From contig CAYOCG010000007.1 in assembly GCA_964402435.1 (NCBI GenBank), positions 543 through 64,542 on the forward strand: 64,000 bases of DNA, written 5' to 3'. Positions within the stretch are counted from its first letter, which is position 1; each line of letters starts with the position of its first letter. This document shows, piece by piece, positions 50,240 through 61,589 of the stretch. Below the pieces are notes generated by a model. That model was not told the DNA's origin. It saw only the letters and a program-made list of their open reading frames with translations, and did no database searches. This DNA is from an uncultured Halothiobacillus sp. (GTDB lineage Bacteria > Pseudomonadota > Gammaproteobacteria > Halothiobacillales > Halothiobacillaceae). The position numbers were made by a program, and so were the translations under genes.

Positions 50240-51028
50240 TTACATCCTCATGGTCGACGAAGCCATGCCCGGCTGTTCGATCACCTGCGCATCGTTGTCT
50301 TGGCGCACGTCAAACACATCTTTGTAACTGACATACACCGCCGCAAAGAACACCGGCAAAAGCAGCAGCCAGCCGAGCAGCAGCGGGATGGACGCGATGA
50401 AGCCGAGCGCGATCATGATCACGCCAAACACCAGCGCCGGCAGCCAGTTGCTCAGTACCGCCTTGAAGCTGATCTTCATCGACTCAACCGGCGCCACACC
50501 GGCAAACAGCACCAAGGGCGCAGCAAACCACATGGCCATGCTGTACACCGCCACCAAAAGAAACACGAGCAAAAAGCCGCCCAGCCCCATGCTCATCATG
50601 CCCGAGGCCATCAGCGCCTCGGCGCTGACATCGCCGGATTTTTCCATCTCCGCCATGCCGCTGATCGCCCCGCCGAACATCATCATCACCACCAGCGCGA
50701 TCAAAATGCTGAACACAATCGCCATCGCACCTAAGGTCAGCAGTGGCCCGCGGGTGCGTTCATTCTTCAGTGGCTCGAACAAGAGATTGATATCCGCATT
50801 CTTGCCCTCGTCCACATAGCGCGCAGCGAGATACAAACCTGCGACCAGCCCTGGCGAAATCAGCGCCGCGAGAATGCCACCGATGAATGGAATGAGTTGC
50901 AGCACAAGCTCGATCAGCACGTAGATGATGATCAGCAAAATCCATGTGCCCAGCTGCCCTTTGACCAGATTCCAGCCATCGCCCAGCCAGCCTGCTCCAC
51001 GGCCGGCATCCACTGTTTTGAAATGCAT
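50240..51028 (-). CDS. integral membrane protein (DUF2189/BPSS1780-like)
   Basis: Start at MHFKTVDAGRGAGWLGDGWNLVKGQLGTW, with about 6 TM helices. Family assignment is from memory of the N-terminal motif only. Confidence 0.6.
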   Translation of the reverse strand: MHFKTVDAGRGAGWLGDGWNLVKGQLGTWILLIIIYVLIELVLQLIPFIGGILAALISPGLVAGLYLAARYVDEGKNADINLLFEPLKNERTRGPLLTLGAMAIVFSILIALVVMMMFGGAISGMAEMEKSGDVSAEALMASGMMSMGLGGFLLVFLLVAVYSMAMWFAAPLVLFAGVAPVESMKISFKAVLSNWLPALVFGVIMIALGFIASIPLLLGWLLLLPVFFAAVYVSYKDVFDVRQDNDAQVIEQPGMASSTMRM

Positions 51029-51071
51029 TGTTTCATCCTCGTTGTTCACTCGAACATAATGTAGACGTCTT

Positions 51072-53681
<2,610 letters not shown>

Positions 53682-53685
<4 letters not shown>

Positions 53686-54158
53686 TCGACCTTGCCGCCT
53701 GGCAGGCCACGCCGGTGCGGGCTGAGCAGGCGCAGCACGAACTCGCGCGTCTGCGTCATGCCACCACACACAGCGAACGCCTGCACGCCTTGCGTCTGCG
53801 TTTGACCCTGGATCTGCCCAGCGACATGCAGCGCGACGTCCTCCTTGCCGAGGCCAACACCCCCGCCGAGCGCGCGGCGGTGGAACTGATCACCGGCCAA
53901 GTGCTGCTCGCCAAACGCCTGCACGGCGCATGGGCGTGGCTGGATGCTGCCGAACCGCGCCTGAGCCACCTCCTGCCAGCCGCTGCCTACCTTGCAGTGC
54001 TACGCCGTCACAATGCCCTGCGCCCGCTGACCCTTTTTGCCCAGCCCAAGCCCATGCGGCCGCTGGATGCGCTTGTGCGCATTGCCGCCATGACGGCGCA
54101 GCTCGAAGGCCGCCTACGCCAACCGAGCGCCCACAACGCACGCGATACGCTGGGCTGA
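53682..54158 (+). CDS. hypothetical Ala/Leu/Arg-rich helical protein
   Basis: 158-aa ORF translationally coupled to 53260..53685. No family recognised. Confidence 0.45.
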
Positions 54159-54220
54159 ATCCCGCTGCGTGCTTTTTTCACCCGCCAAGTGCAGGTTTTG
54201 CCTCGTTACCCACGAAACCA

Positions 54221-54315
54221 CTAAAAATTCGATAGATTCCGCACAAAAAACGGCCTGATTGATCGAATTTTTCGATAGATCAGCCTGCCCGACGAACGAG
54301 CAGGGCGTTTAAAAG
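54221..54315 (+). repeat. Family-2 AT-rich palindrome element, copy 3 (left arm degenerate)
   Basis: The right arm ATTGATCGAATTTTTCGATAGATC (54258..54281) is identical to copy 2. The left arm is reduced to CTAAAAATTCGATAGAT. The tail has a CCTGC/GCAGG hairpin and GTTTAAAAG. Confidence 0.75.
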
Positions 54316-54387
54316 ACCATAGAAAAGCCTTTCAACGGCCTGTTCACACACATGACCGAGCCAACACGAAGGCTATAATCCGCAGCC

Positions 54388-55209
54388 ATGATCGCCACCT
54401 CCATGCCCCCGCCCAAAGCCACCGATGCCGCGCCGATTGGCATTTTCGACTCCGGTGTGGGCGGCCTCTCGGTGCATCAAGCCATCCGCCGCGCCATGCC
54501 GGGCGAAAACCTGATTTATGTTGCTGACTCGCGCCACGCGCCCTACGGAGAACGCAGCAGCGCATTCATCACCCAGCGCGCCATCGCCATCAGCGCATTC
54601 CTGCTTGACCAAGGCGCCAAAGCGATTGTCGTCGCCTGCAACACCGCCACGGTGATTGCGGTGGAAACCTTGCGCCAGCGTTTTGACGTACCGATCATCG
54701 CCCTGGAGCCGGCCATCAAACCTGCCGTGGCACAGACCCAAAGCGGCGTCATCGGCGTGCTCGCCACACGGCGCACGGTGGAAAGCCCCGCCGTTGCACG
54801 TCTGTGCCGCGAACATGCCGCCGACAAGAACGTACTGCTGCAAGCCTGCCCGGGGTTTGTCGAACAGGTGGAACAGGGCGACCTGCTCAGCCCCACCACG
54901 CTGGCACTGGTCGCTGAACACATCGAGCCCTTGCTCGCTGCGGGCGCGGATACACTGGTGCTCGGCTGCACGCACTACGTGTACCTGCGCCCCGCCATCG
55001 AGGCGATTGCTGGCAGCACGGTGCGCATTCTCGACTCCGGCGACGCCGTGGCACGCCAGGTCATGCGGCGGCTGGCGATTCATGCAATCAACCACGGCAG
55101 CGAAGGAAGCGAACGCTTTTTTACCAGCGCAACCTCGGCACATGCCATCCAACGCACCATGACTACGTTACTTGAACGTAACGTCCAGGTGCAATCAGTG
55201 GCGATTTGA
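54388..55209 (+). CDS. murI: glutamate racemase
   Basis: IGIFDSGVGGLSV, VVACNTAT and LGCTHY motifs. Confidence 0.92.
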   Translation: MIATSMPPPKATDAAPIGIFDSGVGGLSVHQAIRRAMPGENLIYVADSRHAPYGERSSAFITQRAIAISAFLLDQGAKAIVVACNTATVIAVETLRQRFDVPIIALEPAIKPAVAQTQSGVIGVLATRRTVESPAVARLCREHAADKNVLLQACPGFVEQVEQGDLLSPTTLALVAEHIEPLLAAGADTLVLGCTHYVYLRPAIEAIAGSTVRILDSGDAVARQVMRRLAIHAINHGSEGSERFFTSATSAHAIQRTMTTLLERNVQVQSVAI

Positions 55210-55285
55210 ACCACGCAAACACCCAGCTGGTGCAGATTGGCGAACTTCGCACCGGTCTTCAAAAATTCACTGGTCAGCGCGTATC

Positions 55286-55295
55286 GGGGGGGGGG
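55286..55295 (+). repeat. G10 homopolymeric tract in the murI-roadblock intergenic region
   Basis: Counted directly: ...GTATC GGGGGGGGGG TAACATCC... It ends 47 nt upstream of the ATG at 55343. Confidence 0.9.
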
Positions 55296-55342
55296 TAACA
55301 TCCTCGCCCGAACCAAACAACCCAGCAATTAAGGAGGACATC

Positions 55343-55705
55343 ATGCGCGCCGACATGCTCACATCCATTCTGGCCGAACTCAATGGCTCATCCGCCGATA
55401 TCGAAGCTTCTGCCGTTGTTTCCACCGATGGCTTGATGATGGCGGCATTACTGCCCTCCGGCATGGACGAAGACCGCGTCGGCGCCATGAGCGCCGCCCT
55501 GCTCTCCCTCGGCGATCGCACCGCCAAGGAACTGGCGCGCGGCACACTGGAACAGGTACTCATCAAAGGCGACAAGGGCTACATCCTCATGACCCACGCC
55601 GGTGAAGATGCCGTACTGACCGTGCTCGCCAAACCGCAAGCCAAGCTCGGCCTGATCTTCCTTGATGTCAAACGCGCTGCAGAATCCGTGGGCAAGGTGG
55701 TTTGA
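55343..55705 (+). CDS. Roadblock/LC7 (MglB-like) domain protein
   Basis: 120 aa: LAELNGSSADIEASAVVSTDGLMMAALLPSGMDEDRVGAMSAALLSLGDRTAKEL...LTVLAKPQAKLGLIFLDVKRAAESV, typical of Robl_LC7. AAGGAGG RBS at 55331..55337. Confidence 0.8.
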   Translation: MRADMLTSILAELNGSSADIEASAVVSTDGLMMAALLPSGMDEDRVGAMSAALLSLGDRTAKELARGTLEQVLIKGDKGYILMTHAGEDAVLTVLAKPQAKLGLIFLDVKRAAESVGKVV

Positions 55706-55715
55706 GGCTCTCTCA

Positions 55716-56246
55716 ATGCAATTGGATTCCAACGATAAGAACCTTACCACCTTCGGCCATATCGGCGGATTGTGTAACGAAGGGCAGGCTGTGCTCGCTG
55801 AACTCGCGCCCAAACTTGAGCCCCACCTGCCGGCGATCACCGATGAGTTCTACCGCCTGCTGGCCGAAGATGCGCAAACCGCACCTTATCTTGAGGGGCG
55901 TATCGACGCGCTCAAAGCCACCCACTTGCACTGGATGAAGGACATTCCCAGCGGGAATTACGACGATACCTTCATCAGCCGGCAAGAAAAGATTGGTGAG
56001 GTGCACGTCAAGGTGCGCGTTCCGCCGCATTTCGTTGCAGCAAGCATGAGCCATTTACGTGCTGCATTGCCGCTGCTCATTCAACGCGTCGAGGCAGACA
56101 GCACACGCGCCGCGCATGCGATCAAAAGCCTGATGCAGGTATTGGATTTATGCCATTACCTGATCGACCGCAAATACAGTGAAACGCTGATGGATAACTT
56201 GGGCATCAGTCCCGCGCTGCTCAATCGCTTGCAGACCTTGCGTTAA
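55716..56246 (+). CDS. stand-alone protoglobin / globin-coupled-sensor-type haem domain protein
   Basis: 176 aa. The ITDEFYRLLAEDAQTAPYLEG...LKATHLHWMKD...YDDTFISRQEKIGEVHVKVRVPPHFV pattern matches the sensor-globin fold, including a candidate proximal His in IGEVH. No output domain. Confidence 0.7.
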   Translation: MQLDSNDKNLTTFGHIGGLCNEGQAVLAELAPKLEPHLPAITDEFYRLLAEDAQTAPYLEGRIDALKATHLHWMKDIPSGNYDDTFISRQEKIGEVHVKVRVPPHFVAASMSHLRAALPLLIQRVEADSTRAAHAIKSLMQVLDLCHYLIDRKYSETLMDNLGISPALLNRLQTLR

Positions 56247-56322
56247 GTCGTCTTTGTTACACCTACCAACTTGCCGGTACAAGTAGCGCCGCGAATTGAT
56301 CACATATAATTGAGGTGAAGTT

Positions 56323-56760
56323 ATGAATCCCCTTTCCACCCCTGAAATCCTACAAGCGTGGGATAGCATCAACCGCACCTTTGCGGTCATTGTGTTCGAC
56401 AAAACCGGGCACATTCTTTACGTCAACGACATTTTCCTTACAGCCATGCAGTACACGCTCGAAGAGGCTGTTGGCCAACATCACCGTATTTTTTGCCTCC
56501 CCGAATACGCAGAGTCCGAGGAGTATCGTGAGTTCTGGCGCGTACTGGGCGATGGCAAGCCTAACAAGGGGACGTTTGTACGCCTGAAAAAAGATGGCAA
56601 CCAAATCACGCTTTACGCCGAGTATTCGCCGATTTTCAATGAGCACGGCGAGGTGATAAAGGTAGTCAAAGTTGCGCAGAACATTTCCAAGGTCGTCAAC
56701 GACATTCATGAGCAACTTGGGATTAGTGAAAAGTTATTGCTGCGCTTGCTCAAATTCTAA
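56323..56760 (+). CDS. stand-alone PAS domain protein (MCP-N-terminal PAS type)
   Basis: 145 aa: FAVIVFDKTGHILYVNDIFLTAMQYTLEEAVGQHHRIFCLPEYAESEEYREFWRVLGDGKPNKGTFVRLKKDGNQITLYAEYSPIFNEHGEVIKVVKVAQNIS. About 50% G+C in two hand-counted 100-nt samples. Confidence 0.75.
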   Translation: MNPLSTPEILQAWDSINRTFAVIVFDKTGHILYVNDIFLTAMQYTLEEAVGQHHRIFCLPEYAESEEYREFWRVLGDGKPNKGTFVRLKKDGNQITLYAEYSPIFNEHGEVIKVVKVAQNISKVVNDIHEQLGISEKLLLRLLKF

Positions 56761-57614
56761 ATGGGCAACCTTTGGGCTGCGAGACAGAGCTGCAAACTGC
56801 GATAACGTAGCATCACCCCCAGAACTTCTTTCACCCGCTGATTATTCAACCGGCGTGACTCATTGAGATACTCCACAAGCCCCGGAGCCGAGCTGCGCCG
56901 CGCCGCCTCCAGACCCACGCAGGGCGGGCGCGGCAAGACGAAGGCATCGGCCAGTTGGTAGAAGTAATCCGTCATGCTGCTGGGTGCATCATCGCTAGCG
57001 TTGTACACACCGACGGGGGCATCCTCTTCAGCGGCACGCGCGGCGATGGCAGCCAGATCGTCCTGATGGATGCGGTTGCTCCACGGCGCTTCCTCGGGGC
57101 ACACCACCGGATCGCCGCGGCGCAGGCGCTCCAGTGGCCAACGCCCCTCACCGTAAATGCCGGGCACGCGCAGAATGACCAAAGGCAATCCATGGCGTGC
57201 GGCAAAGGCGGCAAGCTGGCGTTCGGCATCCACCCGCCGTCGGGCGCGATCCGTGCCTGGATTGACCGGGCGAGTTTCGTCCACCCATGCGCCTTGGCAA
57301 TCGCCATACACCCCGGAGGTGGAAATGTACACGATACGCTGCGGTGGAGACTGCTCCAGTGCCGCGAGCAAGTGCGCCGTGCGCAAATCCATCTCACCGC
57401 TGGCCGGCGGCGGCGCGAAGTGCAACAAGACCTTGCCGCTGGCCTGTAAACCGTGCAAGGTCTCTGGCACATCCAGGTCAGCCAGGTGCAGGGCAAACGG
57501 CAGGTTGCCCAGCGGACGACGCCGCACGCCGCACACTGACCAACCCTGCGCACCGAGGCGGTGCGCCACGCGCTGCCCGATGTCGCCCATGCCGACAATC
57601 AGCGCAGCGGGCAT
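56757..57614 (-). CDS. NAD-dependent epimerase/dehydratase-family SDR
   Basis: Start at MPAALIVGMGDIGQRVAHRL (Rossmann fold) and YISTSGVYGD. The longer ORF extension overlaps proQ and was not accepted. Confidence 0.75.
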   Translation of the reverse strand: MPAALIVGMGDIGQRVAHRLGAQGWSVCGVRRRPLGNLPFALHLADLDVPETLHGLQASGKVLLHFAPPPASGEMDLRTAHLLAALEQSPPQRIVYISTSGVYGDCQGAWVDETRPVNPGTDRARRRVDAERQLAAFAARHGLPLVILRVPGIYGEGRWPLERLRRGDPVVCPEEAPWSNRIHQDDLAAIAARAAEEDAPVGVYNASDDAPSSMTDYFYQLADAFVLPRPPCVGLEAARRSSAPGLVEYLNESRRLNNQRVKEVLGVMLRYRSLQLCLAAQRLPI

Positions 57615-57618
57615 GGCG

Positions 57619-58404
57619 TCACTTGGCAAATTTGGCGAGCAACTGGCTGAGCTTGTCGCCTTCGGCGGGTGCCGTCGTGGGCGAGGACGCCTCAACCACC
57701 TTGGGCGCCGGCTCATGCCGCGGCGCGCGCTGCGGGCGGGGTGGGCGCTGCTCACCGCGCGCAGCCTCATTGCGCTCGCGCCGTGCGCCTCGCTTTGCTT
57801 CGCCATCACGCGGTTCGCCTTGGCGTGCCTCACGACGCGGACGTTTAGACTTACCCTCGGTTTGCGCACCGTCCTCTGTTGCTACCTGCGCAGCACGCGG
57901 CGGGCGGGGTGGGCGTTTGGGCAATTTGGGCTCCAGCGCATCCCACAGTACCTGCGCATGCTGCTTCTGCTCCTCGGTGACCTCACCCACGGCTTCACCT
58001 TGCAGGTTGATACGTGCCTCGCCGCGCAGCAAAGCCCGCAGGTAAGCCGAACCTTGCGTGTAGTAGCGTAGCGCACGGCGCAGTTCATGCACGCTCACGG
58101 GCAGCGGGTTCTCGCCTTGGCGCGCCGCACGCAACTCCTGCAACACACCCACTGCCAAGGGCTTGACCCGCCGACCGTCGGCATGAAACGCCGCTGGATA
58201 ACGCTCGGCCAGGATGTTCAACACCGCGCGCGGCGGACGTAGCTTGGCCTTGCCGCTTTCTGCTGTGCCCACAGCCTCTTGCTCTGAAGCATCCGCAGGT
58301 TCCGCAGCGTCTGTACAGGGGAGATCACCATCAAGGGCTTGCTCCTCAATGGGAGGTTCAGTGACAAGCTCATTCAAAGGGGCGTCGGCGGGGTTTTCCA
58401 TCAC
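57619..58404 (-). CDS. proQ: ProQ/FinO-family RNA chaperone with acidic N-terminus and Arg/Pro-rich tail
   Basis: FinO-like core: LNILAERYPAAFHADGRRVKPLAVGVLQEL...LRRALRYYTQGSAYLRALL. Confidence 0.8.
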   Translation of the reverse strand: MMENPADAPLNELVTEPPIEEQALDGDLPCTDAAEPADASEQEAVGTAESGKAKLRPPRAVLNILAERYPAAFHADGRRVKPLAVGVLQELRAARQGENPLPVSVHELRRALRYYTQGSAYLRALLRGEARINLQGEAVGEVTEEQKQHAQVLWDALEPKLPKRPPRPPRAAQVATEDGAQTEGKSKRPRREARQGEPRDGEAKRGARRERNEAARGEQRPPRPQRAPRHEPAPKVVEASSPTTAPAEGDKLSQLLAKFAK

Positions 58405-58469
58405 AAATCAGCAGGTTTATTCAATCAGGGTGAGAAGCTTAACAGACCCCGCCAGGAAACAGGCATTCA

Positions 58470-59711
58470 TCATGCCTCACGTGGCCGCTCGGCCTGCTCG
58501 ACCGCAGAGCGCATATGGCGCAGCACCCACAAGCCAGGAAGCGCAATCAGCACGCTGAGCACAAAAAACAACGGCCAATCCAGCCACGCCACCACACCGC
58601 CTGCCACCGGCCCCAGAAACACCCGCCCGAGCGAAGCCAAAGCAGAGAGCAAGGCAAACTGCGTGGCGGAGTAGCGGATGTCACACAAACCCATGATCAG
58701 CGCCACAAACGCCGCCGTGCCCATGCCACCGGCAAGATTCTCCAGCCCCACCACCAGCACCATCAGCGGGTAGTGGTGCCCCACCAGCGACAGGGCGAAA
58801 AAGCCCAAATTGGTCACCGCCTGCAAAATGCCGAACAGCAGCAGCGCGCGGTACAAGCCAAGGCGCATCAGCCACAGCCCGCCCGCCAATGCGCCAATCA
58901 GCGTCGCCGCAAGACCAAAACCTTTGTTGACCACACCCACATCGGTCGGCGTAAAGCCCGCACCGCGAATCAGAAACGCCGTGGTCAAGCTGCCGGCAAA
59001 GGCATCGCCCAGCTTGTACAACACCACCAGCGCAATCAGCCCCCAGGCTTCCGGGCGACGGAAAAACGCGCGCAGCGGGCCAAATACCGCCTCGCTCAAG
59101 GTGCGTGGTGCGTAATCCGTATGTGGCTCCGGGGTGACCAGGGTCACGATCAGGCTGAGCGCCATCAACCCGGCCATGAGCAGGAAGGTATTCGCCCAAC
59201 CCCAATGTTCGCCCAAAATCAGTGCGCCCGCCCCCGCCACCAACATGGCCAGACGGTAGCCAGTGACGGAAAACGCCGCGCCCAGACCGCGCTCCTGCGG
59301 CTTGAGGATGTCGGTACGCAGCGCGTCAAACGCGATGTCTTGCGTGGCGGAAAGAAAGGCGATCATGAGCGCAAAGCCCGCGATCATCAGCAAGTTGTTG
59401 TGCGGATCGAGCTGCGCCAGCGCAGCCAAAATCAGTGCCAACAGGGTTTGCGTCAGCAACAGCCACGCCCGCCGCCGCCCGATGGGCATCGGCACAAAAC
59501 GATCGATCAGCGGTGCCCAGAGGAATTTCAGCGTGTACGGCAAGCCGGTGAGCGCAAACCAACCGATGGTGACAATGGAGATGTTTTCCACCGTCAACCA
59601 GGCTTGCAGGGTGCTCGACGACAACGGCAAAGGCAGGCCGGACGCAAAGCCCAACGGCAGCATCAGCCACAGGCGGCGGTCAAAACGTGGCGCTCGCAAC
59701 CCCGACATCAC
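58470..59711 (-). CDS. ampG: AmpG-family muropeptide MFS permease
   Basis: 413 aa, 12 or more TM helices, with LGFASGLPL and LKFLWAPLIDR motifs. Confidence 0.85.
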   Translation of the reverse strand: MMSGLRAPRFDRRLWLMLPLGFASGLPLPLSSSTLQAWLTVENISIVTIGWFALTGLPYTLKFLWAPLIDRFVPMPIGRRRAWLLLTQTLLALILAALAQLDPHNNLLMIAGFALMIAFLSATQDIAFDALRTDILKPQERGLGAAFSVTGYRLAMLVAGAGALILGEHWGWANTFLLMAGLMALSLIVTLVTPEPHTDYAPRTLSEAVFGPLRAFFRRPEAWGLIALVVLYKLGDAFAGSLTTAFLIRGAGFTPTDVGVVNKGFGLAATLIGALAGGLWLMRLGLYRALLLFGILQAVTNLGFFALSLVGHHYPLMVLVVGLENLAGGMGTAAFVALIMGLCDIRYSATQFALLSALASLGRVFLGPVAGGVVAWLDWPLFFVLSVLIALPGLWVLRHMRSAVEQAERPREA

Positions 59712-60739
59712 CCGTTGTCCGGATGCAGGCGGCTATCCTCACGCAGCAACTCCAACAGTGCCTGCATATCCTCCGGCACGGGCACCTCCCACGCCATCAA
59801 TTCGCCGCTCGCCGGGTGTTCCAGCTCCAGCCGCGTGGCATGCAGCGCCTGGCGACGAAAACCGCGCAGAGCCTCCACCAGCTCGGCCGAAGCACCTTTG
59901 GGCAGGCGCAGACGACCGCCGTAGTCCGGGTCACCGACCAGCGGCAGCTTGATATGTGACATATGCACGCGAATCTGGTGGGTGCGGCCGGTTTCGAGCT
60001 GCACGCGCAGCAGGGTGTGCTGGCGGAACTTCTCCGCAACACGGTAATGCGTGATCGCCTCGCGCCCGCTCTCGGTGACCGCCATGCGTGTGCGCTCACG
60101 CGGGTGGCGACCGATGGGCAGATCCACCGTACCGCCGGCCACCAACAGCCCTTGCGCCAGGGCGAGATATTCGCGGTGCATGTCGCGCTCGGAGAGCGCC
60201 TCGATCAGTGCCTTGTGCGCCGGCAGGGAACGCGCCACCACCAACAACCCGCTGGTGTCCTTGTCCAGGCGATGCACAATGCCCGCGCGCGGCAACTGGC
60301 GTAGTTCAGGAAAATGGAACAGCAGGGCATTCATCAACGTGCCCGTGGCATTGCCCGCCCCCGGATGCACCACCAAGCCCGCGGGCTTGTTGATGACGAT
60401 GATGTGCTCATCGCTATACAGCACATCCAGCGGGATACTCTCCGGCGCCGCTTCGGTCTGCCGCTCCGGCTCGACCAGAAGCTCGATCACCTCCCCGCCC
60501 TCGACCAAGGTGCGCGGCGCAAGCCCCGTGGCGCCATTGACGCTGATCTTGCCATCTTTCAGCCAAGAGGTAAGGCGCGAGCGTGAATAATCCGGGAAGG
60601 CTTGGGCAATCGCCTGATCCAGTCGCATGCCACGCGCATCCAGCGGCAAGCTCGCACGCGAGCTGAGCTGAATGCCCACGCCTTCAGCTGGCTCATGCAG
60701 CGCATCGTCATCATCCATCAAGGGCAGCATTTCATTCAT
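59708..60739 (-). CDS. rluD: 23S rRNA pseudouridine synthase RluD
   Basis: S4 domain RLDQAIAQAFPDYSRSRLTSWLKDGKISVNG and catalytic HRLDKDTSGLLVVA. 4-nt overlap with the ampG start. Confidence 0.9.
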   Translation of the reverse strand: MNEMLPLMDDDDALHEPAEGVGIQLSSRASLPLDARGMRLDQAIAQAFPDYSRSRLTSWLKDGKISVNGATGLAPRTLVEGGEVIELLVEPERQTEAAPESIPLDVLYSDEHIIVINKPAGLVVHPGAGNATGTLMNALLFHFPELRQLPRAGIVHRLDKDTSGLLVVARSLPAHKALIEALSERDMHREYLALAQGLLVAGGTVDLPIGRHPRERTRMAVTESGREAITHYRVAEKFRQHTLLRVQLETGRTHQIRVHMSHIKLPLVGDPDYGGRLRLPKGASAELVEALRGFRRQALHATRLELEHPASGELMAWEVPVPEDMQALLELLREDSRLHPDNG

Positions 60740-60836
60740 GCGCGCATGGTAGCAGCTTTTAGCTAGCGCCACGGCGAACGAGGCGCACGCGGAGCATGAC
60801 ATCGATGGCCTTTAAGGCTATGCTTCGCGCGCCATT

Positions 60837-60913
60837 GCGGATGTAGCTCAGTTGGATAGAGTACCGCCCTCCGAAGGCGGTGGTCGCTGGTTCGACTCCA
60901 GTCATCCGCACCA
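60837..60913 (+). tRNA. tRNA-Arg (anticodon CCG)
   Basis: Hand-folded cloverleaf. Acceptor GCGGATG/CATCCGC, D arm GCTC-AGTTGGATA-GAGT, and anticodon stem CCGCC/GGCGG with loop CTCCGAA. T arm GCTGG-TTCGACT-CCAGT, discriminator A, encoded CCA. Confidence 0.93.
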
Positions 60914-61010
60914 GATTCATCCCCCGTACACGCCAAGCTGCGATGCGATGTCATGTGCATCGCCCCATTGGGCTGCTATGCTCCAAGCACGCAAAAATGG
61001 AGACGATGAC

Positions 61011-61586
61011 ATGAGCATCACTTTGATCGTTTTTATTGCCCTGCTCGGCGCACTGGTACTGTACGGTATCCTGATCTACAACAATCTTGTTAGCCTCAAG
61101 CATGGGGTGACCAAGGCGTGGTCGAACATCGACGTGTTGCTCAAGCAGCGCCACGACGAACTGCCCAAGCTGGTGGAAACCTGCCGTCAGTACATGAAAT
61201 TCGAGCAAGAGACGCTGGAGCGGGTGATTCAGGCGCGCAGCCAGGTACAGAGCGCACGTGAGTCGCACGACATTCATGCGCTCGGCCAGGCAGAGGGCGC
61301 GTTGCGACTCGGGTTGGGTAACCTGTTTGCGCTGGCGGAGGATTACCCCGACCTCAAGGCCAACCAGACCTTTCAACATTTGCAAACGCGCATTTCAGGG
61401 CTGGAAAATGCCATCGCCGACCGTCGCGAGTTTTACAACGAAGCGGTGAATGCCAATAACGTGCGTATCGAGCAGTTTCCGGACATCATCATCGCGCGCA
61501 ATTTCGGCTTCAAGTCGGCCGAGCTGCTGGAGTTCACCGAAGCTGAAAAAGCCGATGTCGATGTACGTGCCCTGTTTGCTGGCTAA
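61011..61586 (+). CDS. lemA: LemA family protein
   Basis: N-terminal TM helix, then YNNLVSLKHGVTKAWSNIDVLLKQRHDELPKLVE and FYNEAVNANNVRIEQFPD. Confidence 0.9.
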   Translation: MSITLIVFIALLGALVLYGILIYNNLVSLKHGVTKAWSNIDVLLKQRHDELPKLVETCRQYMKFEQETLERVIQARSQVQSARESHDIHALGQAEGALRLGLGNLFALAEDYPDLKANQTFQHLQTRISGLENAIADRREFYNEAVNANNVRIEQFPDIIIARNFGFKSAELLEFTEAEKADVDVRALFAG

Positions 61587-61589
61587 GTA

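Noticed and set aside
56323-56760. Calling the PAS gene a pseudogene (truncated chemoreceptor)
   Set aside because: This is plausible given the family's usual fusion to MCP domains. However, the ORF is intact with its own RBS (GAGGTG) and a clean stop, and I see no MCP-domain remnants downstream because the SDR gene follows immediately. It is kept as a CDS and the alternative is flagged in the findings.
57615-57869. 85-codon N-terminal extension of the SDR ORF (56757..57869)
   Set aside because: It overlaps the proQ 3' end in another frame, with an Arg/Ser/Pro low-complexity translation. The Rossmann motif begins right after the Met at 57614.
58515-59924. 469-aa plus-strand ORF rich in Arg/Gln/His
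   Set aside because: It is antisense to ampG and rluD, with a low-complexity basic translation. Shadow ORF. Others judged the same way: 21812..22648 (opposite atpB/atpI), 51911..52933 (opposite rlmC/hemB), 54373..55152 (opposite murI), 30803..31642 (opposite comM/ubiK) and 40005..40646.
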